Assembly: GCF_000315625.1 (NCBI RefSeq)
Contig: NW_005434583.1
Coordinates: 94,032-158,031 of the forward strand
From: Guillardia theta CCMP2712
Taxonomy: Eukaryota > Protista > Cryptophyta
DNA length: 64,000 nt
Direction of reading: 5' to 3'
The notes under the pieces are model-generated. The model was not told the origin of the DNA and ran no database searches. It was given only the letters and a program-made list of their open reading frames with translations. Within the stretch, counting starts at the first letter, position 1. Every line of letters begins with the position of its first letter. Below, one piece after another: positions 24,672 to 36,314 of this stretch. Both the position numbers and the translations under genes were made by a program.

Positions 24672-25178
24672 ATGAGTTACTTTGTTGCCATTCTCATGGG
24701 ATCCGACTCGGACCTTCCCCTTCTCGAGAAGACTATGTCGACTCTTGACTCCCTCGGCATCAAGTGGGAGGCCAAGGTGACCTCCGCTCACAGAACTCCC
24801 GCGGACACGCACGCCTACGTCAAGGATGCTGAGCAGAGAGGCTGCGTCGTCTTCATCTGCTGCGCTGGCCTCGCCGCCCATCTTGGCGGAGCTGTTGCCG
24901 GCCTCACTTGCAGGCCTGTCATCGGTATCCCCGGAGACGGAGGTCCTCTCAAGGGACACGACGCTCTCCTTTCCACCGTCATGATGCCTGGCGGCGTCCC
25001 TGTCGCCACCGTTGCCATCGGGTCGGCTGGTGCCACCAACGCTGGCTACCTCGCTGCTCAGATGATCGCCATCGCTGACCCTGCGCTGTATGAGCGCGTG
25101 AAGCAGGACAGGGAGAAGAACGCTGAGGCTGTTCGCCAGAAGGACAAGGCCCTGCAGGAGAAGCTCGCACAGAGATAG
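24672..25178 (+). CDS. purE: PurE (AIR carboxylase / N5-CAIR mutase), stand-alone; CDS intronless
   Basis: 168-aa ORF: ILMGSDSD, SAHRTP, AGLAAHLGG, PVIGIP, DALLSTVMMPGGVPVATV, NAGYLA. Confidence 0.95.
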   Translation: MSYFVAILMGSDSDLPLLEKTMSTLDSLGIKWEAKVTSAHRTPADTHAYVKDAEQRGCVVFICCAGLAAHLGGAVAGLTCRPVIGIPGDGGPLKGHDALLSTVMMPGGVPVATVAIGSAGATNAGYLAAQMIAIADPALYERVKQDREKNAEAVRQKDKALQEKLAQR

Positions 25179-25491
25179 ATGACTTACACATGCAGAAGAC
25201 CTTGTCTCAGTAGTCCTCCTCTTCCTCAAAGACGCTAATAAATCTTCCTGTACATCTGAGATGAGCTGGTGTGTTGCGAAGAAAAAGGAGGGAGTGGGAG
25301 GAGCAGGGGCAGTTAACGACTCTTGACGACTCAGTGTAGTGAGTGAAGAGACTGGCGAGAGCGAGAGTATCAAGTATATCCGCCACTGATAGTTGTTGAG
25401 ATATCCGAAAGAATGTACGAAGCTGTGCTGGGGAAGCAAGGAAGCAGAGAGTGGCGGAATGAAAGGGGGGGATGAGGAAGAGGGTAGTGCG

Positions 25492-28330
25492 TCACTTCTT
25501 GTAGAACGGAACTCTCTCGTGCGCAAGGAAAGTCGCCAAGGTCTCAAGCAGAACTTCTCGTGGGAAATTGCTGGACTGCCCGTCAAAGACAGACTGCGAG
25601 CTCGTCAGCAGGAGAAGAGCTGGGGAAAGGAAGGGGAAGGGGAGGAGGCAGGGGCAGGAGGTATCGCGCGATCTACCGGCAGTGCTATGGACCAGTGGTG
25701 AGCTCCGAGGATACCAAGGAAGGTTCCTGAAAGAGTGATGAGACGATAGGGATAGAACGGGGAACAGTTTGGGGGGGAGGGGAACAGAAGGCAGGGGGAG
25801 GGGGCGGGGGAGCGAGAGGACGAGCAAAGATGGGGCAGGGGGCGGGAAGGAACTGAAGGGAGGGTAAGAAAGGGAGGAGGAGAGGGAAGAGCAGACGAGA
25901 GGGCGAGGAAGAGAAAGGGGTGTCGATCGGGGGAGGAGGGAGAAGAGGGGAGACCTTTGAAAGGCTTCTGCTTGCTGTTAGTGATGAGCGATGGCCAGAA
26001 CATGGTGCGGTCGTAGCAGACTTGTCCTGAATTACGACTTAGATGTGAGACGAAGAGAAGACGAGGAGAAAGGAGGCAGGGCACGGGAGGACAGGACAGG
26101 ACAGGACAGGACGGGGCGGGAGATGAAAGTTTTTCATACCATCGTTGATTTGCTTCCCCTTCGTAGCGTTATACAAGTCGTGGAAAAATGCGCGGAGTAC
26201 AAGAAAGTCCGCACTGAGCGCAAAGAAAGAGAAACCGAGCGTTAAAATCAAGGAGAGGGGGAAGGGGGCGAGGAGGAGGAGCAGGAAGATGGGGGTTCAA
26301 GGGAACGTGTCATTGAAGAAGCCGATTTGACCTGCTTGAGAGAAAGTCGACGATGTTGAAAGGACTTTGAATGTCCCTGAAACACAAACTATAAGAGAAC
26401 GCCAATCATGGAGGGAGGTGGGGGAGGGGAGGGGAGGGGAGGGAGAAGAGGCGAGGAGAGGAGAGGAGAGGAGAGGAGAGGAGAGGAGGAGGAGGAGGAN
26501 NNNNNNNNNNNNNNNNNNNNNNNNNNNNNNNNNNNNNNNNNNNNNNNNNNNNNNNNNNNNNNNNNNNNNNNNNNNNNNNNNNNNNNNNNNNNNNNNNNNG
26601 AGATCAATCCCCATCTTAACAAAGAGTTTGGTGTTTGAAGCAACCTCCCTGCGAACGTACCGTGACTATCATCAGCATCTCCTCTTCCTCTTCTTCTACT
26701 TCCTGCTCCTCCTCCTCCTCTTCATCAGCTACTCACTTGGCATGTCCAACAGATCCGAAATCGCCTTCATGGCTGTAGTCCACGTGCTCCACAGTCTCCA
26801 GAACAGACTCAAGAATCTTCTTGTGCACTGCAAGAGGAGGAAGTGAAAAGGGGCCACACGAACTAAGGGCAAAAGCAGAGGGAAGGGGAAGAAGGAGACG
26901 AATGGAGTGGTGAGGATAGCAAGGGAAGTGGGAAGGAGACGTGAGGAGAGGAGAGGAAGCAGAGATGAAGAGGAGAAGGAGCAGGAGAGGAGAAGGACCA
27001 GGAGAGGAGAAGGAGAAGCAAGCAGCAAAGTGCTCATTGAGGATAGGAGAGCCTCTAGGGAATGACATCGGGATTGTGTCTCACAGTGATCTTGGGTGAC
27101 GGTATCAGCTGCTTCAGTCCCATAGATCACTCCGCCCAGCGACACGACTCCCCTCACCCTCCTCACCCAGGGGAACAGCTTCGGGCTCTTCCTGGCCTGC
27201 ACCAGCAGCTCTAGAGCCACCGCCGCCCCCCGAGAGTACCCGACGAGGTACAGGTCCTTCAGCTCCCCACCCATGATCCTCATCACCTTGGTCAGCCTCC
27301 TGAGGAACGTGGTGCTCGACCTCTCTATCGTTCCCATCGTCTCCAGGCTCCCCATCGGCGTGTTGAACCGCACAAGGTGGATGAGAGGATGGCCGTCAGG
27401 GAGGGAGGGAGAAGCCCCTTCCTCGAGCTCCTCCTCCACCCCCTTGGCATCGATCGACGCGACGTCGACCAGTTCTGCCAGAGGCTCGACGAGGAAGTCG
27501 AGCTTATCCAGTGACCACCTCCTGTCCACCGTGTCGGACTCGTCGCACTCCTCTCCCTCCCCCCTCTCGTGCGGAAGGATCTTAGAGCAGACTTCCATCC
27601 TCTCTTTCCATCTCCCCTTCAAGGTTGAGTCCGCCCACGCAGGAACGTCCCCGAAGAGCTTCGTGTCGATGAGCTCTGAGAGGATCCCAGGCAGGAGGAC
27701 GAGGGTGATCGCTCCTGACTCCCGGAAGATGTTGCGCGTGTCCCCCTTCATCTTCACAAACGGCTGCGTCTCCCCTGCTTCGAACAGCTGACTCGGCTTG
27801 CTCTTCCTGCTCACGTTGTCGAGCTGCTTCAGGGCATACTGCATCCTCTCCTTGGGAGACAGATGCCCAGGAGCCTCGCTCCTGTTGAACCAGGACGGCC
27901 ACCTCGCGTCATGTGCGAGAGGAGAGAGCTGCTTGAACATGCTCTCGGTCGGGAAAAGTATCATTTTCTCGATGTCCCTGTGGCTGTACCCGTGCCGCCG
28001 CGCGATGGTGAAGAACATGTTGCGGAAGGCGAGGCCGGTCTTCCTCATGTTGCCAGGAGAGTGATAAGGGAGGTAGAACGACTTGCCCTGTAGCAACCAC
28101 CCCCATCGCTGAGCATGGTAGAAAGTCACTACCAGGTAGATAAACACTGCCCACTTGATCAGAAAAAGTATAGTCCTCCGCTTCGACCCATCCACTCCCA
28201 GCAACCATTTCAACCTGTACTTTCTCTCGGAAATGAGAGGCTCCTTCTCGCTGCTCTCATCCTCTGCATCCCCGTTCTCTCCCTTCTTCTCCCTCTCGGC
28301 TCTCCTCGTACTGCGTTTTGTGACAGGCAT
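25492..28330 (-). CDS. Membrane-anchored alpha/beta-hydrolase (lipase-like Ser-Asp-His triad), multi-exon, spans a gap
   Basis: N-terminal TM (ILFLIKWAVFIYLVVTFY), LVLLPG, nucleophile elbow VGYSRG, VSLGGVIYG, spliced INDGQV (Asp), LGILGAHHW (His), FPREVLLE. Start codon uncertain. Confidence 0.75.
26500..26599. other. Assembly gap (100 N)
   Basis: Run of N next to a (GAGAG)n tract. Confidence 1.
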
Positions 28331-28855
28331 CGGGAGGTAGACCTGGCAGCAGGTTGCTCCGCTATCGCGTACAAGAGAAGCTAGAGCAGCACACGAGACT
28401 TTTACGGTATGGGCCTAGAACATGTTCCTTCGGTCTTCATGGCTTTTCTTCAATCCTCGTACTCACCTTCCTCCTGTCGTCTCCTCTCACCGTCGATCGT
28501 CCAGTAGTTGTTGTCCTTGAACTGCTTGCAACCAAGTTCAAGACTGACCCCTCTGCCATCCAGCTTCTTGCCCCTCTGATGCCGCTGCTACTGCACCTCC
28601 TCCTCCACTTCCTCCTCCTCCACTTCCTCCCTCGCTGTTATCCTCTCCGATGCCATCCCGGGCCCTGACGCATCCCTACCCTTGCAAAACCCCACCCCAC
28701 CCACCTTGACAGCTTTCGTTGAGACTACCCCACCTACATACCCACCTTTGGCTGGCAGGAGCTAGTCTCTTACCACCCCTATTTACCACCCCTACCCTTG
28801 CAAAGGAGGCAACACCAGGTGCTCCAGGTAGCGCTATCATCGGGCAGGGTCAAAA

Positions 28856-29051
28856 ATGCTGGAGCGGGCGGTGGAGCTGCGGGAGAAGGGGAACAAGGCA
28901 TATTCCTCAGGTAGACGAGGAGGAGGACGAGGACGAGGACGAGGAGGAGGACGAGGAGGAGGAGGAGGACGAGGAGGAGGACGAGGACGAGGACGAGGAC
29001 GAGGAGGTGGACGAGGATGAGGATGAGGACGAGGACGAGGAGGACGAGGAT

Positions 29052-29082
<31 letters not shown>

Positions 29083-31043
29083 NNNNNNNNNNNNNNNNNN
29101 NNNNNNNNNNNNNNNNNNNNNNNNNNNNNNNNNNNNNNNNNNNNNNNNNNNNNNNNNNNNNNNNNNNNNNNNNNNNNNNNNNGATGGGGGGGGGGGGGGG
29201 TAAACAAGCAAGGAGGACAAGGAGGATACGGATCCTGGGTGTTGGGTTTCTTGCTTCTCAGGCCCGATTCCAGGAAAATACAAAGACGCTCGTCAAGAAT
29301 ACCAAGAAGCACTGGATGAGATAGAAAATTGTTTCATCACAACAATAGAAAGCGAAGAGCTAAAGGTGACCGGCAATGGACTCATCGCTCTCCATTGAAT
29401 TTTCTTATGCAGCTGAAGTGCCTGCTGAATCTCGCTGCAATATCTGTCAAATTGTACATAGAAGTCTGTAGCACGTGTTTGCTCTGATGCTTTCCATCAG
29501 AGAGGAGTGGGCACAAGTCGTTGATCTCTGTGGGGAAGCGCTCAAGTTAGATGAGATGAACATCAAGGGGCTCCTGCGGAGAGCGCTCGCGAGGATCGAG
29601 CTGGAGCAAAGAAACTTGGCGTGGGAGGACGTGAATGCAATCCTCAGCGTGGACGCAAGCAACAAGGTAACCCGTGACGAGCTTCCATCATCGCAGCCCT
29701 GACACGAGCTGAACAGGAAGCACTGGCCCTCAAGTCAAGACTGGAGAAGTTCTCTGTGCTTCGTAGTAAGGTGCGTCACCTGCTGAGCCTGGCAAGTTCA
29801 AAATTGTTGGTGAGCAGGAATCAGCATCGAAGCAGAAGCGTGTCTTCCAAAACTTTTGGTCGAATCAGAAGGATTCATCAGTATGGATCTTCAGTATGGT
29901 TGGAGTGTTGTACATGCTCATTTTGTACATGCTTTCCAGCGGCTGTACCGGGATGTAGGGGATGTAAGCCATGGGCCAGACGTGTACTGCTTCTTGGACG
30001 TGCGTGCAAACGGGCTCGATGGGAGGTGATCCGGTTCTGTGCGGAGTGAGAAGGATAATGGAGGAGCAGGATAGTGATGCAGCTCTTCAGAAAGCTCGCA
30101 CCCAGGGCAGTGGAAAATTTCAGGTTGCTAGCTCGGGGGAGAGCGAATGACTTGGAATCATGCTTGTGAACCAGGTGCCTGTGCAGTGGTGAGAAAGGAA
30201 AGTCGGAAAACGGAACCCTACTGCATTACAAGGGTGCTACTTGAATCGATACAGCTGGGAAGGATGTGCTTACTTGTTGATTGGTTCAGGAACAATCATC
30301 CATCGGGTGTGCAGAGGATTTGTCATGCAAGGAGGAGATGTGGTGTACAGGTTCCGCTCCAGCCTGACAGGTGCTGTGCATTCTTACCCATCCACAGGGA
30401 CGGGCCGATGGTGGGGGAGGGGATAGAGGTGCGAATGTTCCCATCCCCCTCAATCCCTTCGGCTCACCTCCTAGTGCAGTCGATTTACGGGGGAATGTTC
30501 CCGGACGAAAACCTTGGATCGCGGCACATCGACTTCGGGCAGGTCAGGCAGCTTCTTAGAAGGAGTTCTCCTCAACCCGTGCCAGGTCTGTATGGCGAAC
30601 ACAGGACAGAAGGATTCCAACGGCTGTCAGTTCTACATCACGTTCGATGGTGCCCCATGGCTCGATGGGGACAACGTCATCATCGGCAAGGTCAGGATGA
30701 TCAAGGTTTCTAGGTGCAGCTCTACCCGTGAAGGCGATGTTTGCTACAGGTTCTGCGAGGGCTGAGCCTGCTGCGGAAGCTTGAAACCGTGGAGGTCGAT
30801 GCAGACGATAGGCCGCATCAGGTGAAGGGTCTTGTGCTCATATGCCCAACGAGCCTCTCATCCCCTCCCAGCGGATCGAGGTCCACGAGTCAGGGGAGAT
30901 GTCTGCCAAGGACGCGGAGCAATATCTGCGGGATCACACCGAAGGTAACGCTTCCCTGGCTACGAGGTTCGAGCCTGACCCCATGGCGACCAGTTGATCC
31001 TGGACCTTGGTGGATGCAACTTTCCCCGGGACAAGCAACTTGA
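28856..31043 (+). CDS. TPR-repeat + cyclophilin-type PPIase (TPR N-terminal, cyclophilin C-terminal)
   Basis: TPR: ELREKGNKAY, LLNLAA, EALKLDEMNIKGLLRRALA. Cyclophilin: LAPRAVENFRCLCSGEKG, LHYKGTIIHRVCRGFVMQGGD, SIYGGMFPDEN, CMANTG..SNGCQFYIT...PWLDG. Stop 31041-31043. Confidence 0.85.
29083..29182. other. Assembly gap (100 N) following a (GAG/GAC)n tract in an intron
   Basis: Run of N. Confidence 1.
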
Positions 31044-31179
31044 CCAGAGAGGAAAGATGAATCTAGAAGTCAAAAGAAGCGCTGCTGCTTGTTTGTTGTT
31101 GTGTACTTCGGATTCTTTTCTGCACACTTCTCTACCTCCTCTCGAATGCGTTTCTCTACCATCTTGCACACAACGCCGT

Positions 31180-31211
<32 letters not shown>

Positions 31212-32205
31212 GCAGAACCAACCCGATCCTGACAAACTTCACGACTTTGTCGGGGACGGTCGACAATGAAATGCCTACCCCTTATTACGTCAACCCCTAC
31301 CCCTTTTGTTCCCTATGTCTACCCCACCAAATGACTTCAATTGATCACCCCTTGCTGAGAAGCACACCTCTGATACCACCCCACCACCCCCTCTACAAGC
31401 AGTCCCAGAGATGCTTGTAGTGGTTGCTTGCTCGAGACCCCACAAAGGCCATGCCATGGGACCCCTCCTCAAGATACCACCCTACCTTACCTGTCTTGAA
31501 ATGCTTGTGTCTAGTACAGATTCGCAATTCTTTACTTTCAAGAACTTTGATTTCTCGATTATCATTCTATGATATATTGCTATACTCACATACTTTTCCT
31601 CATGATCACCACCACCCCGTGATATAATTAACCCCCGCGACCCTGTTTTAATTACCCCACCCCTGGATTCATCATCACACCTCCTCGTCACCCACCCTGC
31701 CGGTATGTCCCTTTCCCCTTCGAAAGACATGGACCCGTACACTGATAACCCTACCCACTCATTTCAATTACCAACATTGGGTAAAATGTGGGTGGAAGGC
31801 ACCTTGAGAAGGACCCTACCATGCCATAATTCCAACCCCCACCTACCCCCGCAAATTTGAGCACCCCCAATTGACCACTAAATCGACTCAAATAGATTCA
31901 CACCGGTGCTTCGGAAATGAAAATCATTCTAAAAGAGGGGGTAGGGTATCCCTACCACCCACAATCCTTCAACTCTGTTGACTCCACCACCCACCCAGAT
32001 CCAATTTTTGAGCTACATCAATAAACCCCTTCTAATATTACATACCGGTAGTTGGTGCTATTTGTCCCACACTCTGTAGTATGAATAGAGAGAAAGGTAC
32101 CGGTGATTGGTAACCCCTACCCACTTCATCCAGGTCTGTTCTGACCCCCACCCACCCTAAGTATACTCCACCCCACATCTCATTTTGCTCACACACAGAT
32201 CCACA

Positions 32206-33266
32206 ATGCCGCGCCTCCTCCTGTTGCGGAGGCTCCCGCGCTGCTCTGCGTCCTCCCTCACCTCCATCCCCTCCATCCCCTTGTTCTCATCCACATCCTC
32301 TACTCCTTGTTTATCATCCTTGCAAGCTTCCTTCTCTTCAGCTTCTTCTACGTCAACTGCGTTGCCACCTCGGTCCGTTGCTCCATCAGGAATGAAGATC
32401 GCCGCAGCAACCAGTCGGTGGGGCTCAGAACTTTCGAGGAGCGTCAATGCGATCAACTTTTTCCAGCCCTCCATAGGAATGAGCATGTGCAAGTTCTTAA
32501 GCGTCTCTGCCTCTGCAGCAGCTGAAAATTCCATGGAAGGAACCTCAGCTGATGAAAAGCCCAAACCTCGAGCCAGAAGACCTCGCAAGGCTGTGCTGAC
32601 CCTCACCGAACGTGCCAAAGAGCGTCTTGCCGAACTTATGGCCAGCAAAAGCCCTTCTCCGGCCGGAGTCAGGCTGGGTGTGAGAACACGCGGGTAAGAC
32701 GATCACTTCTCCGTTTCTTTGCTGTTTCATTGCTTGTTGGATGCCCATTCAATCTACTGCTTTCCCCCAACCTTCTCCTTTGGTCTTCGTGCGTTAAGTC
32801 CCCTCTTGCCCCTCTCTCGATCGATTTGGCTACTCTTTTGCTCCACAAGCTACTCTATACATCGCAACGAATCTCATTGAATCAATTTAGGTGCAATGGG
32901 TTGTCATATACTATGAACTATGTGGACGAGCCACCTAAACTTGATGATGTTGTGGAGGCTGGAGACAGTGAGTTCCTGAAAAGGTTCTTTTATCTTCAAT
33001 GTTTTACTAAGTTTTCCCATAGATATCAAAGTGTATGTTGATCCCAAGGCAGTCATGTATCTTCTTGGCTCCGTGATGGACTTCGTGGTAGGGTGGATGT
33101 TGATCTAAGTATGCCTTGAGCTCAACTGTTCAACGTAGGAGGACACAGTTCGTGCTGAGTTTGTATTCCAAAACCCGAACGCGAAGGTGAGCTTCTGCTA
33201 TGGAAGCGGTTCAAAGTGATCATGGCCCAGGGATCGTGTGGATGCGGCGAAAGCTTCAATGTGTAA
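32206..33266 (+). CDS. ISCA1: Mitochondrial iron-sulfur cluster assembly protein IscA/Isa1
   Basis: S/R-rich presequence, LTLTERAKERL, VRLGVRTRGCNGLSYTMNY, VYVDPKAVMYLLGSVMDF, FQNPNAKGSCGCGESFNV*. Confidence 0.95.
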
Positions 33267-33450
33267 ACAATCAGGAGCTGCAGACTTTGCGAATAAAGAA
33301 TGTATTTTATTACTTGGGCGTGACCTTGTTTGGCAAGAAGTGTGACAAGCTCGCTCTGGTAGGAATCTATCTCTGGATCACTCTTCCTTGAGGGGCGGAA
33401 GGAGATGATCGATACTCTTGGAAGCGACAGAGTTGGGGCTGCAAACCCTT

Positions 33451-34930
33451 GTTAACGCACCTGAAAATTAGCAACGAAGAGAACTTGCCTGTGAGTCGAT
33501 GAATCTGCGGTACCAGAGACATACTTGAAGATCTTCATGGCGATTTCTTCGATACTCAGACTCTTCCCTTCATGATGAGTGGGTCATCAGCAAAGTCCTT
33601 TATGATGCTAGAATGAGCATACCGAAGTAATCTACAAAGTTGCCCTGGACAGCAAACGATCAGTAACAAAGAAGCAAAGAGTTAGAAGGATGAAACAATT
33701 CACCTGGGGATCCAGCATGTAAAATAGAATAGAGTGGTCGATTAGGTAGTCGCCAGGGTTATTGCCCAGCGTAGACTACCACAACAGAATCACATGTTTA
33801 CCTATTACCTTCCTCCAATCACAAGCATACCTTGGAGTGATAAACTCGATATTTCTGACAAACGTCTTTGATTTGATCTGGCGTTCCTGTCAAACCTAGA
33901 AAAAATGTCAACGCCTGACAAAAGCTGTCACTCTTCTGAGCACACCGACGATTCTCGAGTCCCAGTCTGAGAGATACTCTTTCAGCTGGAGGGGACCATC
34001 ACGTTCGGGGTCGATCGTAATGAAAATCGGAACGATCTTGTCGGAAACGTGCATCTTGTCTGAAGGAGACAGAGACAGTCACATGCCAGCATCGTGGTAG
34101 AGAATGAGTAAACCGAGCAGCGACAGGATCTGTTTCATTCTCATCATTTCGTTGGGGCAGATATCCGGACAGTATGTGAATCCGAAGTACATGAACATGT
34201 GCTTTCCTCGAAAGTCCATGTCGGAGCGAGTCTGCGAGTGAATGGTAAGAGTTCGGCACTTCGGAGAACACCGCAAGAAGGCATCAACAGGAGGTATCAT
34301 CACCTTTCCGTTCTGATCTAACAGGACGAATGGACCTCCTATATCTGCTTTCCCATAGCCTTGACCGATCCTTGTCTCTGCATACCAGCAGTGAGCTCCA
34401 GCCATGGCGTTCATGGTTCACGTCAACCTTGAAGACGTAGAAGTCTCTTCCGTTCTTGTTCGTTGTAGTAGATAACAAACGCCCCTCCCACCAATCCTAG
34501 TAAGCCCACTGATTGCCAGTTGATTGGCTATCAGAGGAAATCAAAGTCAACGACAGCGGTTTGCTGAGCAGCCCATAGGCTGGGGAAGAAAAGGAGGACA
34601 AGTGTATACCCCTTTCTGAGAGATCCTTCGTTTCCAGGCTGAGAGGCGCTGGGCATATCTTTCCTTGTCCTCTCCTTCTGCGCCTCCTGACATCATCCTG
34701 AATAGTGGAGGCTTCTTCCCCCGGCAGCCTGCGATGGCATGTGCTTGCGGCTGGTAAACGTGTGCAGATACAAGTGAGTTCGCGTTGGCTCGTCGCCATT
34801 GGGGGGGGGTGGAGGAGACAGAGAGACTTGGAGCAGTCTCAAAGATCGAGGAGACGAGTCGTCGGGAGGCGCTCGGGGCTCCAAGAAAGCTCCCTTGCTG
34901 CAAGAGCCGCCTGATGATCTTGCTCGCCAT
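33451..34930 (-). CDS. SCO1: SCO1/SenC mitochondrial copper chaperone for cytochrome c oxidase (3' end approximate)
   Basis: Mitochondrial presequence, [32 protein letters not shown] (CxxxC), [16 protein letters not shown]. Confidence 0.92.
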
Positions 34931-35038
34931 GCCACTGCTTATGCCTGTATGACGCTTGACGTTACATACCCGTTACTTTAATAGTATGTACCCGTTATGA
35001 ATGAGTTACGTGCACTTGGCATGGCAGGATAGCGAAGG

Positions 35039-35926
35039 ATGCGGTGCAGGAAGGGAGGTTTGCTTGTGTGTTTACAGCTCAGTGTCCTCTTCCTCCCCTC
35101 CATCTGCTTCCTCGTCCTCCCTTGCACCATGCAAGATTCGTCCTGCTCCCCAAAACCAAGAGCGGAGGCGACGAGGGACAACGACTTTGCCAAGATCATC
35201 CGGGGCGAGCTCAGAGCGTCGGTGGTGTTTGACAGCGAAAGCTTTGTAGGACCTAAGACGAGTAGCACGTCAGTTTCCACTGACAGAGTCTTGACCCAGA
35301 TCGTGATCAAGGATCGGTCTCCGGCCTCGAAACTTCACCTCCAAGTCATACCAAAGATACCGCCAGTCCCCAGGGACGTGACCTCGCTTACGAAGGAGCA
35401 CTCTTTCATGGTGCGCCATGTGATATCGCTGGGGGTTCGATGTTGAGGCTTGTTCAAACTTCTGTCCTTCCAGGTTGAGAGCATGCACAACGTTGCCGTG
35501 AAGCAGCTGAAAGGCAATCGCTCTTGAAACCTTTCAACCCCGTGTCTGAAGGTTCCCTGCAGATCACGGGTATGACATCGGTGAATCAATTATTGGTTTT
35601 CACATCCCTCCATTCATCTCGGTGACTTGTTCCTCATGTTCTGCCTGGTTTGACCTCCTCCTCCTCGTCTTGCTCCTCCTCCAGGTCCCTCATCTCCACA
35701 TGCATGTGATCGCTCCGAGGTATCCAAGTGTTACCGTCCCTCTGGAACTGTAACCAAGAGCGCAGCTCCTCCATTGTATTCTGGAAGCGCTTGAAGTACC
35801 TCCAGGGAACTTGCTGGTTCGTCGACTCCAAGAAGGTGCAAGTCACGGCACGGATCTCCATCTCTTACAAACATTTCTCAGCTTGTCGAAAGTCTCAGGA
35901 GGGGCAAGTCAATTGGCTGCGTATGA
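35039..35926 (+). CDS. HIT-family nucleotide hydrolase (HINT3-like) with hydrophobic N-terminus
   Basis: FAKIIRGE, IKDRSPASKLHLQVIPK, GFHIPPFISVPHLHMHVI (HxHxH triad). Stop 35924-35926. Confidence 0.85.
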
Positions 35927-36314
35927 AACAAAGGAGCAGGCTTCCTGCTTCTGGCGAAAAGCTATCATGCTGGTGTTCGTGTGAGGATACATCAGAGCTC
36001 TTCGAGCTTTCAGCATCCTAGCAAGCGGCCGCTCGTCAGCAGCAGACTGGCACTGCCCCAGAGCAGAGCATCAGCAGACCTTCAGTCACACTGTTGGGCC
36101 AGAAGTCTACAGAGCACGGTCGCAGTGTGGCCTGGTGATCCTCCGCGACTCGGATGCGCGCAGCAGTGAGTCCGACCCGCGCCCCGAGACCGCAGCAGCG
36201 GGCCAGCGATGTGGATGCGATGTGACCTGTCGTCTGCAAGGTCGTGCATCGATCATTCTTCGAACTAGGCAAGATTGCTGGTAGTTCTTCCTTTGAAACT
36301 AGATCCGCCAGTAC

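Noticed and set aside
21816-25178. Bacterial contamination as the source of purC/purE
   Set aside because: They are contiguous with intron-bearing genes, have host-like codon bias and GGGGT-rich upstream tracts, and show no operon structure.
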